Shown: piece by piece, positions 62,977 to 64,000 of the stretch | Numbering within the stretch: position 1 is the first letter of the stretch | How the letters are laid out: each line of letters opens with the position of its first letter | Source: Octopus sinensis | Lineage: Eukaryota | Direction: 5' to 3' | Assembly (NCBI RefSeq): GCF_006345805.1 | Contig: NC_043012.1 | Location: forward strand, 44,640,001 to 44,704,000 | Length of the DNA stretch: 64,000 nt | Program-made: the position numbers and the translations under genes | Notes under the pieces: generated by a model | The model's input: only the letters and a program-made list of their open reading frames with translations | Told to the model about the DNA's origin: nothing | The model's database searches: none

Positions 62977-63036
<60 letters not shown>

Positions 63037-64000
63037 TCACAGACACATGTATCCACACATCTACACATGCATGTATACATCCATCCATCCATCCACACAG
63101 ACAAATTCACTCACACACACACGCATACACACACACACACACACACACACACTGACACACACATACATTTCCACAGACACTTACACACCTACATCTACGT
63201 TCACATACATTCGCACATACACCCACAAAGTGAACAAAAAATATTACCACCACCATCAGAACTACCATCTCAACAACCCACAGAAAGACACCAGTCAAAC
63301 ACTGCCTGAATAAGGATAAGTATATATAAATTGAATTAAACTAGTATCAGCTCACGAACTGTGACCATGCTGGGGCAACACCATTTTATTTTGTGACATA
63401 CACATTTCTTACTTCGCAAAAAATGTTTTTTAGAACTTGACATTCGATGCATGAGAGAATCTGACACCGTTGACTTCTCTGGCCCTTCTTGCTGTGAAGT
63501 TAAATTCATCTGGGTCCCTTGAGAGTAAGAGATCTAATCCTGCTTTTTGATGACACTTACATCCACCTGATATGAGTATATACTCCTTTTTGTACTATCA
63601 TATGTACGCATGTGCATATATGTGGGGAAATATCTATAGGTGTGTGCATATATGTGTATATATATGTGTGTGCAGGTATATAAGTATGTATAGTTACATA
63701 AAAATATGTTTGTATGGATGTACATCCTCTTATGTGTGTATGTATGAATACATAAGCATGTATACACACGTGCGTATATATGTGAGTGTGTGTGTATGTG
63801 TGAGTGTATGTATATGTATATGCGCGTGTATATATATATATATATAATATATATATATATGGTGTGTGTGTGTGTTGTGTGTGTGTACATATGTATGTTC
63901 GTATGGATATTTATATATATGTATACACATGGAGAATGTGTATGTATGTGAATGTGTGTGTGTGGGGGGGTTGTATGCGCGAATGTATGTTTATATATCT

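Overview
AT-rich, repeat-saturated animal DNA with no host protein-coding exon that I can support. The SINE families and microsatellite density resemble an octopus (coleoid cephalopod) genome; this is inference from recalled repeat content, not a search. Almost all ORFs in the track are microsatellite read-through or decayed transposon frames. Contents: about 30 tRNA-headed SINE copies or fragments in at least 4 families; decayed LINEs (Tx1/L1-like, R4/Dong-like RLE, CR1/L2-group, Penelope-like); Tc1/mariner relics (mariner, DD37D maT-like, rosa-like); hAT-type MITEs; one non-autonomous Helitron; several fold-back inversions. Most notable is a ~593-nt non-coding, terminally redundant element at 43197-44272, inserted in a (TA)n tract. 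It carries two intact type I hammerhead ribozymes inside a 470-bp inverted repeat. At least five further degenerate hammerhead motifs are scattered across the window, one of them inverted directly in front of a Penelope RT. This points to a Penelope-mobilised, retrozyme-like ribozyme retroelement family. Two SINE/LINE 3'-tail partnerships are also visible within the window. SINE and LINE boundaries are approximate (read by eye).
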